Positions 33,468 through 44,250 of a DNA stretch of 64,000 nucleotides are shown in pieces. Below the pieces are notes generated by a model. That model saw only the letters and a program-made list of their open reading frames with translations, ran no database searches and was not told where the DNA came from. A program made the translations under genes and the position numbers. The stretch comes from Rhodospirillaceae bacterium (GTDB lineage Bacteria > Pseudomonadota > Alphaproteobacteria > UBA6615), in NCBI GenBank assembly GCA_002713365.1, contig PASR01000011.1, positions 5,527 to 69,526 of the forward strand, read 5' to 3'. Numbering within the stretch: the stretch's first letter is position 1; each line of letters opens with the position of its first letter.

Positions 33468-34531
33468 CTGAAATAAGTAAAACTTTAGCTGAGACCTGCG
33501 ATCGATTGTTTTCTAATTTAATTAACAATGATGTGCTAAGGGAAACTGAATTAGCTGTATGGCCTGATCCTATATGGCAACAAATAGAGGAGAATGGACT
33601 TACTTTTGCTATGGTAAATGAAAATCATGGTGGTTCAGGGATAAAGTGGATAGATTGTTTTCAAATTATATATTGGTCAGGGTATTATTCAGTACCGGTG
33701 CCGCTCGTTGAGACCATGGTTTCAAGTTGGTTTTTATCGCAACATAATCAAGCACCTCCTAAAGGAGTAATTACATTTTTTTGTGATGGTAAGCCACTAG
33801 ACCTTATTGAATCAAATAATAGCTATAAAATATCTGGTATTATTGAACGTATTCCGTGGGGTGCTTCAGCAGACTATGTTTTGGCAGAAGCCTATAACAG
33901 TAATAAGCAGGTGTACGTTCTACTCGATGCTAAAAAATCTAAAATCGTAAAAGATAAAAATATTAGTGGTGAGTCAAGAGATTCAATGACATTTGATAAA
34001 GCGTCTCCACTGACTGTAATAGATATTTCTGATGCTTTCAGGTCAAACTCACTATTAGTCTATGCTGCGCTAGCTCGTTCAGTCCAAATGTCTGGAGGAA
34101 TTTCAGCTATACTTGATAATTGTATTAGTTATTCTAGAGAACGTGAACAATTTGGACAGCCCATAGCAAAGTTTCAGGCTATTCAGCACCAGCTTGCAAT
34201 CTTAGCAGCTGAGGCTGCAGCTGCTAAGATTGCATCCCAAATAGCATGTAGAGCAGCCGATTTAATAGATGTGAGTTCTGGTCTAGAATTTGAGGTGGCC
34301 ACAGCTAAAATTCGTGCTGGAGAATCAGCAGGATTAGCAGCTTCTATTGGTCATCAAGTTCATGGAGCTATAGGATTTACAGATGAATATAGCCTTCATT
34401 ATATAACTCGACGACTGTGGTCATGGCGTTCTGAGTATGGTTCAGAAAGTTATTGGGCACGAAGAATAGGAAAAGAAGTTATAGCTGGAGGTGCTGATAA
34501 CCTCTGGGCAGATATAACAGCCCGATTATAG
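33464..34531 (+). CDS. acyl-CoA dehydrogenase family protein (partner subunit, apparently lacking the TEPxxGSD motif)
   Basis: Start overlaps the upstream ACAD stop (ATGA). ACAD C-terminal helical domain (QFGQPIAKFQAIQHQLA), but no canonical FAD motif is seen. Confidence 0.7.
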   Translation: MTEISKTLAETCDRLFSNLINNDVLRETELAVWPDPIWQQIEENGLTFAMVNENHGGSGIKWIDCFQIIYWSGYYSVPVPLVETMVSSWFLSQHNQAPPKGVITFFCDGKPLDLIESNNSYKISGIIERIPWGASADYVLAEAYNSNKQVYVLLDAKKSKIVKDKNISGESRDSMTFDKASPLTVIDISDAFRSNSLLVYAALARSVQMSGGISAILDNCISYSREREQFGQPIAKFQAIQHQLAILAAEAAAAKIASQIACRAADLIDVSSGLEFEVATAKIRAGESAGLAASIGHQVHGAIGFTDEYSLHYITRRLWSWRSEYGSESYWARRIGKEVIAGGADNLWADITARL

Positions 34532-34548
34532 GATTTAGAGGGAATTAA

Positions 34549-35391
34549 ATGAAAATTATAAGTTTCAGAGATAAAAAGGGTGAGTCATTTGGCATAGTCG
34601 ATGGTAATGGAAGAATTGTCGATGTTGGACGTAAATCACCATACTCGAGCATTCGTGACGCTCTAAAGGCAGATGCCTTAGAAGAGTTAGCAAAAATCGC
34701 GGCTGATGAGGTGCCTACAACTGGCATGGGTGATATAGAGCTCCTGCCGGTAATTCCAAATCCAGATAAAATAATTTGTGCTGGTCTAAATTATAAGGAT
34801 CATGCAGAACAATTTACCGATGAAATGCCTGAAAACGTTACTTTATTTAGTCGACTTAATAATACATTGGTAGCTCATGGTGATCCTATTATAAGACCTC
34901 AGATCTCGTCTAATTTTGATTTTGAGGGTGAACTTGCTTTAATTATAGGTAAAGGCGGGCGTCATATAACTGAAGTAGATGTCTTATCCCATATTGCCGG
35001 TTATACTTGTTTTTTGGATGGCAGTGTTCGTGACTATCAACGTCATTCACTCACTGCAGGTAAGAATTTTTACCGGACTGGCCCATTAGGTCCTTGGATG
35101 GTTACGGCAGACGAAATACCTGATCCAACTAAATTAGTGTTGACGACGCGTTTAAATAATAAAGTTGTTCAAAAATGTTCTACTGGCTTAATGATATACT
35201 CCATACCTGAAATAGTATCGTATATTTCAGATTTTACACCTTTAGAACCTGGCGATGTAATTGCAACTGGAACGCCCGCAGGAGTTGGAAATGTAAGAAG
35301 CCCAAAATTATTTATGAAAGCGGGTGATATTATAGAAGTAGAAATTACTGAAATTGGTAAATTAAGTAATACTGTAATTGATGAGCAATGA
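34549..35391 (+). CDS. fumarylacetoacetate hydrolase (FAH) family protein
   Basis: 280-aa ORF with FAH-family layout. Begins 18 nt after the ACAD pair. Confidence 0.75.
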   Translation: MKIISFRDKKGESFGIVDGNGRIVDVGRKSPYSSIRDALKADALEELAKIAADEVPTTGMGDIELLPVIPNPDKIICAGLNYKDHAEQFTDEMPENVTLFSRLNNTLVAHGDPIIRPQISSNFDFEGELALIIGKGGRHITEVDVLSHIAGYTCFLDGSVRDYQRHSLTAGKNFYRTGPLGPWMVTADEIPDPTKLVLTTRLNNKVVQKCSTGLMIYSIPEIVSYISDFTPLEPGDVIATGTPAGVGNVRSPKLFMKAGDIIEVEITEIGKLSNTVIDEQ

Positions 35392-35407
35392 TATAGATAA
35401 CATTACT

Positions 35408-36544
35408 CTATCTTAGGTCTTCTACGATAGCTGCGATAGCTTCAATATGAACGGAACCAAATTTTTTTGATCTGTCAGGAGACCAGCCGAAAATAGGGTC
35501 AGGATTATTGTCGTTATCTTTAAACGGCATTTCTAAAGTTAAGGCAAGGCAACCAAACTTCTCTGCAATATAGTTGGCACACATCGATAAATTACCTTTT
35601 CCTGGAGGACTAGCTGGATATCCGTGCTCCGTCTGAAATTCATTACTAGATTCTAATAGAGCTTTTTCAAATTTTAACTTTAATGACTTTTGTCTTTCGT
35701 TTAATGAAGGTATTCCCATCATGCCTGTAAGAAAATTGTAGGGAAGGGCCTCGTCACCATGAACGTCTAAACAAAAATCAACTCCAGTTTCCAACATTTT
35801 TTTTCGAACCAGAAAAACTTCTGGGCTTCTTGCCATGCTTGGTGATAGCCACTCCCGATTAAGGTTTGTTCCGACAGCATTAGTTCGAAGATGACCACGT
35901 TTAGTTCCGTCAGGATTCATGTTTGGAATTAGATAAAAAACTATTTTTTCTAATATTTCTGCGCTTATGTTATCGTCAGAGAAAATTAGTCGCTCAAGTA
36001 GACCTTCCATCCACCATTCGGCCATACTTTCCCCGGGATGTTGCCGGGCTATTATCCAACAGACTCTTTTATTAGGTCCTTCTTCACCAATTCTCACAAG
36101 GTCAATGTCTTGGCCATCAAGCGTTTTTCCAAGAACCGAAATTTTAGCCTTTGTTGATTGTTGAATCATGGCAATTAGATCATTATGACGCTCAGTGGTG
36201 TAGGGAGCAAAATATGCAAACCAAACAGAATCAGTTTTTGGTGTATACTCAAATGTTAAAACCCCATCTATAAAATTAGTTTTTATCCTTCTCCAATCTT
36301 TTTTATTTTCAGATGCTACTGCTTTATAATTTGTCCAGCCTTTCGTATAAGCAGATCCGCTGGCATTAGTTATATGAAGTTTACACTCTTGATCTCTCGC
36401 GCCACTCAAACGAAAATAAAACCATTGATAGAAATCAGAATTATGATCTTTCAGTATCTCTAATTGTATATTATCTGATGAATCTGCAGATAAGCATGAA
36501 ATGTTACCACTATCAAAAGCACTACTTATTATAAAGGGGGGCAT
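35408..36544 (-). CDS. M14-family zinc carboxypeptidase, cytosolic carboxypeptidase (CCP/Nna1)-like
   Basis: N-terminal beta-sandwich region with FDSGNI (compare the FESGNL motif of CCPs). Zinc-binding HPGE motif and WWMEG. Confidence 0.6.
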   Translation of the reverse strand: MPPFIISSAFDSGNISCLSADSSDNIQLEILKDHNSDFYQWFYFRLSGARDQECKLHITNASGSAYTKGWTNYKAVASENKKDWRRIKTNFIDGVLTFEYTPKTDSVWFAYFAPYTTERHNDLIAMIQQSTKAKISVLGKTLDGQDIDLVRIGEEGPNKRVCWIIARQHPGESMAEWWMEGLLERLIFSDDNISAEILEKIVFYLIPNMNPDGTKRGHLRTNAVGTNLNREWLSPSMARSPEVFLVRKKMLETGVDFCLDVHGDEALPYNFLTGMMGIPSLNERQKSLKLKFEKALLESSNEFQTEHGYPASPPGKGNLSMCANYIAEKFGCLALTLEMPFKDNDNNPDPIFGWSPDRSKKFGSVHIEAIAAIVEDLR

Positions 36545-36557
36545 ATTATTACTTTCA

Positions 36558-37610
36558 CTAAGGTATAATGTTAATGTCGCGTAGCTTTTGTATTTGGTTT
36601 GTTATAGTAGTTTCGGTGTCTAGTGAATTATTCCATCCTGCTTGTCTTATTTTTGTAATACTAGACATTTGATCGTAGCCGTTACCTAATGCCATATCTA
36701 AATAATCCCAGTTAGTTAGTTCTGCTAGAGTGTAGTTTTGAAGGTCATATGTTCTCACTATCTCTGACCAAATCGCTTCTTTATCAAGCATTACCTCTTT
36801 TAAAGGCAATGTTTGAACTGGTCCTATCTCCATGTCGAAAAAAGATGCAATGCTTGGCCAAACTTGGTTCCACCGAAAAAAATCACCATTACTTATATTA
36901 TAGGCTTCATTGACTGCATTAGGAGTGGTGGCGGCCCAGTACATGCCGTCAGCTAGTAATTCAGTATCAATTATATTATATAGGCAATCGTAAAACTCTT
37001 GTGTACCTGGCCAGCGTAATTGTAGACCCAAGTGCTTTGAAATAACGGCATAAAGAACTATGCCAGTCATTAAATTCATTCTGCCGCCTATGGAAAACCC
37101 CCATATTCCATGCGGTCTTAGTGCTGACCAGTTCCATGCCTTTTCTTTTTGCCTTTTCTTAATCCAATCTTCTTGTGCGTGATAGAAATTTTGAACTAGC
37201 GGTCGGGGGTCATCTTCTTTCGCTGGTGTTTTATAAGGACCCAAGTAGCTTCCATACCACTTGGCACCATGCATTAATTGTACATGCTCTAATCTATTAT
37301 TTACTGGTTCTAGTGTGTCCAAAAGGTTAGTCAACATTGATACATTTGGCTTTATTTCTGCTTCAACTGAGTTTCGTGGAGCATAGGCACAAAAAAAGAC
37401 ATGGGTAGTTTCAGCTAGGTGCTCAGCAATACTATTGCATTCAGATTTGTTAAGTAAATCTACTGAAAGAAATTTTGCATTACTATTATAGTTCGATGGT
37501 CGGCGTGACAATCCTATAATATTCCAATCGGGATTATAATCTAGATATTCTATAATTGCTCTGCCGGTAACACCTAGCGCTCCTGGCACTAGTGCAGTTT
37601 TTTTTACCAC
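36558..37610 (-). CDS. PRISE-family atypical SDR (progesterone 5-beta-reductase/iridoid synthase-like)
   Basis: GALGVTG dinucleotide motif, NFYHAQEDW (PRISE NFYYxxED motif) and WSALRPHGIWGF (WSxHRP-like motif). Confidence 0.7.
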   Translation of the reverse strand: MVKKTALVPGALGVTGRAIIEYLDYNPDWNIIGLSRRPSNYNSNAKFLSVDLLNKSECNSIAEHLAETTHVFFCAYAPRNSVEAEIKPNVSMLTNLLDTLEPVNNRLEHVQLMHGAKWYGSYLGPYKTPAKEDDPRPLVQNFYHAQEDWIKKRQKEKAWNWSALRPHGIWGFSIGGRMNLMTGIVLYAVISKHLGLQLRWPGTQEFYDCLYNIIDTELLADGMYWAATTPNAVNEAYNISNGDFFRWNQVWPSIASFFDMEIGPVQTLPLKEVMLDKEAIWSEIVRTYDLQNYTLAELTNWDYLDMALGNGYDQMSSITKIRQAGWNNSLDTETTITNQIQKLRDINIIP

Positions 37611-37625
37611 TATCTTCTCCTATGC

Positions 37626-38675
37626 CTAAGGAATAATCTTTTTGTCTCTCATGTATTGCAGTTGGTGGGTTATAGTATCTTCTGTATCAAGTACCTCATG
37701 CCAACCAGCTTGACGAATTTTTGTTAAGCTAGACATTTGATCAAACCCATTACTAAAGGCGTAGTCCATAAATTGCCATGTAGCTAAGTCATTTATAGTA
37801 TAGGTATGGAGTTGGTTTTCCTCACAAATTTTGGCCCATATTGATTCTTTTTCTGACATGACTGTCTCTAAATTCAAATTTTGTATAGGGCCTACTTCCA
37901 TATCGAAAAACTCTGCTATGCGCGGCCACAAATGACACCATCTTGTAAAATCGCCATTAGTTATATTAAATATTTCATTCTCTGCTTCTTTTGTAGTAGC
38001 TGTCCAAATCATAGCTCTTGCAAGCAAGCTGACGTCTACTATTTGATAGACTGCGTTATATAGGGCAGGAGTTCCAGGAAATTTTAATGGTAGGCCAGCA
38101 TATTTTGATAATGTTGCATATACGGCAATTGATGTAAGCATATTCATCTCGCTACCAATCGAAAATCCCCAGACACCATGTGGAAGCAAAGCTGACCACG
38201 TCCAGGCCTTACCCAGTTGTTTTTTAGCAAGCCAGTCATGCTGTGCGTAATAGAAATTAGGCGGCATATGTCTAGAGTCGGTTTCTTTTGCCGGGGTTTT
38301 ATATTGCTTGCCAAACTGCACACCGTACCATTTTGCTCCAAGCATTAATTGTACGTGTTTTAGATTGGGTGCAATCTGTTCTATAGTTTCGACTAGATTT
38401 TGTAACATAGCCAGGTTAGGAGCGACCTCTTCACTAAATGTTTTTCGAGCTGCATAGGGGGTGAAAAATATGTGCGTAACGCTTTTGAGCATTGCAAGTT
38501 TAGTTTTACACTCCTCTAAGTTAAGTAAGTCTAGAGATATAAATTCAGCAGTTGTTTCAAAGTCTGGCTTTCTTCGAGACAAACCATAAACTGACCATTC
38601 TGAGTTGTTTTCTAAGTTTTCAACAAGAGAGCGTCCTATGACACCTAGGCCTCCAGCTATTAGTGCGGTTGGCAT
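37626..38675 (-). CDS. PRISE-family atypical SDR, tandem paralog
   Basis: Carries the same motifs (GGLGVIG, NFYYAQHDW, WSALLPHGVWGF). Collinear with and similar to the downstream paralog. Confidence 0.7.
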   Translation of the reverse strand: MPTALIAGGLGVIGRSLVENLENNSEWSVYGLSRRKPDFETTAEFISLDLLNLEECKTKLAMLKSVTHIFFTPYAARKTFSEEVAPNLAMLQNLVETIEQIAPNLKHVQLMLGAKWYGVQFGKQYKTPAKETDSRHMPPNFYYAQHDWLAKKQLGKAWTWSALLPHGVWGFSIGSEMNMLTSIAVYATLSKYAGLPLKFPGTPALYNAVYQIVDVSLLARAMIWTATTKEAENEIFNITNGDFTRWCHLWPRIAEFFDMEVGPIQNLNLETVMSEKESIWAKICEENQLHTYTINDLATWQFMDYAFSNGFDQMSSLTKIRQAGWHEVLDTEDTITHQLQYMRDKKIIP

Positions 38676-38779
38676 TATTTTATGATCTCCTAAGAATATT
38701 CTATTACTCGGTCTTCTTTATATTATTAATGTAAGCTATTAAAAGGGAATATAGCGGCTTTAAATTTGAAAGGCGAACA

Positions 38780-40375
38780 ATGGTTAGTCAAAGAATGAAA
38801 TATTGGGGTTGGGGCTATGAAAATAATGGCCTTAATAAGAATCAGGTGCACAGCCTTATAAAAATTCTAGCCCAAGATTTTGGTGTTCTAGCAAGTAGTA
38901 ATATTAAGAAACCTGAAGTTTCTGATATTAAATTACATAAACCAAAACTGATACCACCCGATAGTCTTCTTAAATTTTGTACAAATGAGCCATATGAAAG
39001 AGTTCTGCATAGCTTTGGACAATCACAGCCGGATTCAATTCGTATATTTGATGGGGATTTTAAACACGCTCCTGATGTTATTGCCTATCCAGAACGATCT
39101 GATCAAATAAATGCAATTTATGATTGGGCAAGTGGGGTAGGTGCAGCGATAGTGCCTTATGGGGGTGGTTCGTCGGTTGTGGGCGGAGTTACCCCGGATA
39201 TTGAGGGTCATTACAAAGGTACGGTGATGGTTAACATGACAAAATTGAATAAAGTCCTTGAAGTTGATGAAACCTCTCGTGCTGCACTAATTCAAGGGGG
39301 CGCAAAGGGACCTGAATTAGAAAATCAGTTAAAGCCCTATAATCTAACCCTTCGTCATTTTCCTCAATCATTTGAACATTCAACTCTGGGTGGTTGGATC
39401 GCTACTCGATCGGGTGGTCATTTTGCTACTCTTTATACTCATATTGATGATTTGGTAGAGAATATCACATCAATCACGCCTTCTGGTTGTTTTGAATCGC
39501 GTCGATTGCCTGGATCAGGTTCTGGACCTAGTCCTGATAGGTTTATTATGGGAACTGAAGGGGCTTTGGGCATTATTACTGAAGCATGGGTTCGCTTGCA
39601 GGGCCGTCCCGTTTTTAAATTAACTGCTGGGTTTCGTTTTGCTAAATTTTTAGATGCATCTCTTGCCGTGCGATCTATCTCTCAGTCAGGTTTGTTTCCA
39701 GCAAATGTAAGAATTGTTGATGCTACAGAACTACAAGTAAATGGAGCTGGTGACGGGACTTATACATTAATGGTAGTTTCGTTTGAATCATCAGATCATT
39801 CAGTTGAACCATGGATGAAAAGAGCTGAGGAATGTTGTCTTGATCATGGTGGAATAATAGATATTGATTGGCGAGAAAATCCAGATACAAATTTGAAGGG
39901 AGCGGTAGGTGCTTGGAGAGACGCATTCATTCGCATGCCCTATAATCGTGAGAATTTAACACCTCGTGGAATTATTTCTGATACTTTTGAGACAGCTATA
40001 ACTTGGGACAAGTTTGAAGAATTTTATTGGGCAATTAAAGATGCTACGCAACAAGCGATTAGAGATGTTACAGGCCAAAATGGTGCTGTTTCATGCAGAT
40101 TTAGCCATGCTTATCCTGATGGGCCTGCGCCATATTTTGCATTTCACTGCACAGGGAAGCCTGGAGGCATGCTTGAACAGTGGAAGGCAATAAAATATGC
40201 AGCATCTGAAGCTCTTATTAAAAACGGTGGCACTATTACGCATCATCATGCTGTAGGACGAGATCATCAAAAGTGGTATGAGAAACAACGACCAAAATTG
40301 TTTGGTCATATACTTAAGGATGCAAAAAACCGTCTCGACCCAGATGGTATTATGAACCCAGGTGTGGTGGTTTAA
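38780..40375 (+). CDS. FAD-linked oxidase, alkyldihydroxyacetonephosphate synthase (AGPS)-like
   Basis: N-terminal KYWGWGYEN (resembles AGPS WNGWGY), PCMH-type FAD-binding domain (PYGGGSSVVGG) and C-terminal HHHAVGRDH. Confidence 0.6.
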   Translation: MVSQRMKYWGWGYENNGLNKNQVHSLIKILAQDFGVLASSNIKKPEVSDIKLHKPKLIPPDSLLKFCTNEPYERVLHSFGQSQPDSIRIFDGDFKHAPDVIAYPERSDQINAIYDWASGVGAAIVPYGGGSSVVGGVTPDIEGHYKGTVMVNMTKLNKVLEVDETSRAALIQGGAKGPELENQLKPYNLTLRHFPQSFEHSTLGGWIATRSGGHFATLYTHIDDLVENITSITPSGCFESRRLPGSGSGPSPDRFIMGTEGALGIITEAWVRLQGRPVFKLTAGFRFAKFLDASLAVRSISQSGLFPANVRIVDATELQVNGAGDGTYTLMVVSFESSDHSVEPWMKRAEECCLDHGGIIDIDWRENPDTNLKGAVGAWRDAFIRMPYNRENLTPRGIISDTFETAITWDKFEEFYWAIKDATQQAIRDVTGQNGAVSCRFSHAYPDGPAPYFAFHCTGKPGGMLEQWKAIKYAASEALIKNGGTITHHHAVGRDHQKWYEKQRPKLFGHILKDAKNRLDPDGIMNPGVVV

Positions 40376-40506
40376 AAAAAATAAAGTTAGTATTATTTAT
40401 AGTATTTTGAAATTATAAATAAATAATAAGACCGTAATCTAAATGGCATAAAGTATAAACAATATAAGTTCGTTAAGTTAAAATAAATAAAATAGGGATA
40501 AGTATA

Positions 40507-42678
40507 ATGGCAGACCGGATTGAAGCTGGCTCACTCAGAGTTGATAAAGAACTATATGATTTTATTAATGATTTTGCTTTACCGGGAACAGATATTAAAT
40601 CTCAGGAATTTTGGCATGGTTTTGAAAAAATTGTTAACGAACTAACACCTATAAACAGAAATTTATTGGCTAAACGGGATGAACTACAAATAAAAATTGA
40701 TGCCTGGTATGAAGAACATCGTGGCGAAACATCAGATCTTGCAGCTTATAAACTATTTTTAAAAGAAATTGGTTACTTAGTGGAAGAAGGTGAAGAATTT
40801 ACAGTAACAACTACCAACATTGATACTGAAATTTCTCAAATAGCTGGTCCGCAGTTAGTAGTTCCAGTAACAAATGCACGTTATTCGCTTAATGCAGCTA
40901 ATGCACGCTGGGGAAGTTTGTATGACGCTCTTTATGGAACTGACGCTATACCAGAGTTAGATGGAGCTGAGAGGAGCAGTGCATATAACGAAGTGCGTGG
41001 GGCTGCTGTTATTAAATTTGCTAGAGATTTTATTGATTCATCTGCACCGCTTTTAAATGGTACTCATCATAACGCAGTATCTTACAGTATTAAGAATAGT
41101 CAGCTAGCTGTAACGTTAGATGATGGTACAATTAGTTATTTGTCTGAACCCGAAAAATTCATTGGTTATCAAGGAGAACAAGATTCCCCTAAATCAGTTT
41201 TGTTAAAAAATAATAACCTTCATTTTGAAATCTCAATTAATAGGGATCATGTTATTGGCAAAGATGATCCTGCTGGGGTTAGTGATGTTATTGTCGAATC
41301 AGCAATAACTACAATAATGGATTGTGAAGACTCTGTTGCTACAGTTGATGCTGAAGACAAGGTTGTTGCGTATCGCAACTGGTTAGGATTAATGAGAGGG
41401 GATTTATCAGAGACATTTGATAAAGAGGATAAAACTATAAAACGTTCTTTAAACCCCGACCGTAAATATATTTCCTCTGATGGTTCAGAACTTGTATTAC
41501 AGGGCCGCAGCCTAATGCTAATCCGTAATGTTGGTCATCTTATGACTAACCCAGCTATTTTAGATAATGATGGTAATGAAGTTTATGAAGGTATTCTTGA
41601 TGCCATGATTACTTCTATGATTGCTATTCATGACCTAAAGCAAGGGAAAAACAGCAGAACCGGTTCGGTATATATAGTTAAACCAAAGATGCATGGACCG
41701 GAAGAGGTTGAGTTTACCAACCAGATGTTTACAAAAATTGAAGAAGTTTTAGGCCTAGATTCTTTTACTCTTAAGATAGGTATTATGGATGAAGAGAGAA
41801 GAACAACAGTAAACTTAAAAGAATGCATTAGAGCGGCTAAAGATCGGGTATTTTTTATTAATACAGGATTTCTTGATCGAACAGGAGATGAGATGCATAC
41901 GGCCATGGAAGCAGGGCCAATGATAAGAAAAGCAGACATGAAGTCTGCCGTTTGGATACAAACCTATGAGGATTGGAATGTAGATATTGGCCTAAAATGC
42001 GGCCTTCCGGGCCGTGCGCAGATTGGTAAGGGCATGTGGGCCATGCCAGATTTGATGGCTGATATGCTGGATACTAAAATTGGCCATCCTCAGTCAGGTG
42101 CTAATACAGCCTGGGTGCCTTCTCCTACTGCAGCGACACTTCATGCCACGCATTATCATCAGGTTAATGTAGTAGAACTTCAAAAGAAACTTTATACAAG
42201 GTCTCAAGCTAGTTTGGATAACATACTGACAATTCCATTATCTGAACGTCCAAATTGGCCTGAGAATGAAATACAACAAGAACTTGATAATAATGCCCAA
42301 GGAATACTTGGTTATGTAGTTCGTTGGATAGATCAGGGAGTCGGTTGTTCAAAAGTTCCTGATATTAATAATATAGGGTTGATGGAAGATCGTGCTACTT
42401 TAAGAATTTCAAGCCAACATATAGCCAATTGGTTGCGCCATGGTATTTGTAGTGAAGAACAGGTAGTAGAAACATTTCAGCGTATGGCAGCAGTTGTTGA
42501 TAAACAAAATACTAATGACCCGCTTTATAACCCAATGGCTCCTAATTTTGATAATAACATAGCTTTTCAAGCAGCATGCGACCTAGTATTTAAAGGCCGT
42601 GAACAGCCAAATGGTTATACAGAACCAATTTTACATTCACGTCGCCAGGAGGCTAAGGCAAAGCAATCGGCAATATAG
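40507..42678 (+). CDS. glcB: malate synthase G
   Basis: 723 aa, the typical length, with the characteristic N-terminus [21 protein letters not shown]. Confidence 0.9.
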   Translation: MADRIEAGSLRVDKELYDFINDFALPGTDIKSQEFWHGFEKIVNELTPINRNLLAKRDELQIKIDAWYEEHRGETSDLAAYKLFLKEIGYLVEEGEEFTVTTTNIDTEISQIAGPQLVVPVTNARYSLNAANARWGSLYDALYGTDAIPELDGAERSSAYNEVRGAAVIKFARDFIDSSAPLLNGTHHNAVSYSIKNSQLAVTLDDGTISYLSEPEKFIGYQGEQDSPKSVLLKNNNLHFEISINRDHVIGKDDPAGVSDVIVESAITTIMDCEDSVATVDAEDKVVAYRNWLGLMRGDLSETFDKEDKTIKRSLNPDRKYISSDGSELVLQGRSLMLIRNVGHLMTNPAILDNDGNEVYEGILDAMITSMIAIHDLKQGKNSRTGSVYIVKPKMHGPEEVEFTNQMFTKIEEVLGLDSFTLKIGIMDEERRTTVNLKECIRAAKDRVFFINTGFLDRTGDEMHTAMEAGPMIRKADMKSAVWIQTYEDWNVDIGLKCGLPGRAQIGKGMWAMPDLMADMLDTKIGHPQSGANTAWVPSPTAATLHATHYHQVNVVELQKKLYTRSQASLDNILTIPLSERPNWPENEIQQELDNNAQGILGYVVRWIDQGVGCSKVPDINNIGLMEDRATLRISSQHIANWLRHGICSEEQVVETFQRMAAVVDKQNTNDPLYNPMAPNFDNNIAFQAACDLVFKGREQPNGYTEPILHSRRQEAKAKQSAI

Positions 42679-42759
42679 ATAAATTAATTAGTTTATAATC
42701 GGGTTAATTAATAATCGTGAAAAATAGCTATTGGACTTTAAACTCGTGGGAGAAGAGAT

Positions 42760-44211
42760 ATGCAATTAGCTGACTCTAAACTATTTCGCCAAAAATGTTA
42801 TGTAAATGGGGATTGGATAGACGCCGATGATGGAAATACTATTGATGTGACTAATCCAGTTGATAACTCGATAATAGGTACTATTCCTAAATTAGGTTCT
42901 GAAGAAACAAGGCGTGCTATAGAAGGTGCTGAAAAAGCACAAAGGAATTGGCGTCAATTAACCGGTAAAGAACGCTCTACAATATTAAGAAACTGGTATA
43001 ATTTGATGATGGAGAACCAAGAAGATCTTGCCATCTTGATGACAATTGAACAGGGGAAACCACTAAACGAATCCCGTGGAGAAATCTTATATGCTGCATC
43101 TTTTATAGAATGGTTTGCAGAAGAGGGAAAACGAGTCTACGGAGATACAATACCAGGTCACCAACGTGATAAACGTATAGTAGTACTTAAAGAACCAATA
43201 GGAGTTTGTGCAGCAATTACTCCATGGAATTTTCCTTCTGCTATGATAACTCGTAAAGCAGGACCGGCACTTGCTGCAGGCTGTTCAATGGTAGTTAAAC
43301 CGGCTACTTCCACTCCATATTCTGCGCTAGCCATGGCCGAATTAGCAGAAAGAGCGGGTGTTCCTCCAGGTGTCCTAAGTGTTGTTACAGGTGGATCTTC
43401 AGATATTGGTGGAGAGTTAACCTCAAACCCAATTGTTCGAAAACTTACTTTTACTGGTTCCACAGAAGTAGGCAGAAAACTAATTGAACAATGCGCTGGT
43501 ACTATTAAAAAGGTATCTATGGAACTTGGAGGAAACGCACCTTTTCTAGTTTTTGATGATGCTGACCTTGATGAAGCTGTTGAGGGGGCAATGGCATCTA
43601 AATATCGCAATACCGGTCAAACTTGTGTCTGTGCAAACCGTATTTTAGCTCAAGACGGTATATATGACGAATTTACAGAAAAACTAGCTGATGCAGTTAA
43701 AAATCTTAAGGTAGGAAATGGTTTAGAAGATGGTGTAACACAGGGCCCGTTAATTGATATGGCTGCTGTTGAAAAAGTAGAACAACATATTACTGACGCT
43801 GTTTCTAAAGGCGCACGGATTGTAGTTGGAGGAGATCGCCATGCAATGGGTGGTACATTCTTTCAGCCTACATTATTAGTAGATGTAACACCTACGATGG
43901 AAGTCACGCGAGAAGAGACTTTTGGGCCGTTAGCTCCTATATATAGATTTAAAACTGATGAGGAAGGAATTAAACTAGCTAATGATACTGAATTTGGCTT
44001 AGCTGCATATTTTTATGCTAGAGATGTTAATCGAATTTGGAAAGTCGCAGAAGAACTAGAATCTGGAATTGTTGGCATAAATACTGGTCTTATTTCTACT
44101 GAAGTTGCACCATTTGGTGGGGTTAAAGAATCAGGTATTGGTCGCGAAGGCTCTCACTATGGCCTTGATGATTACCTCGAGATTAAATATTTATGTTACG
44201 GCGGTATTTAG
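42760..44211 (+). CDS. gabD: NAD(P)-dependent succinate-semialdehyde dehydrogenase
   Basis: 483-aa ALDH with catalytic Cys region GQTCVCANR and Glu motif ELGGNAP. GabD-like N-terminus. Confidence 0.8.
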   Translation: MQLADSKLFRQKCYVNGDWIDADDGNTIDVTNPVDNSIIGTIPKLGSEETRRAIEGAEKAQRNWRQLTGKERSTILRNWYNLMMENQEDLAILMTIEQGKPLNESRGEILYAASFIEWFAEEGKRVYGDTIPGHQRDKRIVVLKEPIGVCAAITPWNFPSAMITRKAGPALAAGCSMVVKPATSTPYSALAMAELAERAGVPPGVLSVVTGGSSDIGGELTSNPIVRKLTFTGSTEVGRKLIEQCAGTIKKVSMELGGNAPFLVFDDADLDEAVEGAMASKYRNTGQTCVCANRILAQDGIYDEFTEKLADAVKNLKVGNGLEDGVTQGPLIDMAAVEKVEQHITDAVSKGARIVVGGDRHAMGGTFFQPTLLVDVTPTMEVTREETFGPLAPIYRFKTDEEGIKLANDTEFGLAAYFYARDVNRIWKVAEELESGIVGINTGLISTEVAPFGGVKESGIGREGSHYGLDDYLEIKYLCYGGI

Positions 44212-44250
44212 CGACCAAGGAAAATAATTAAAGGAATACATAGCATATTT

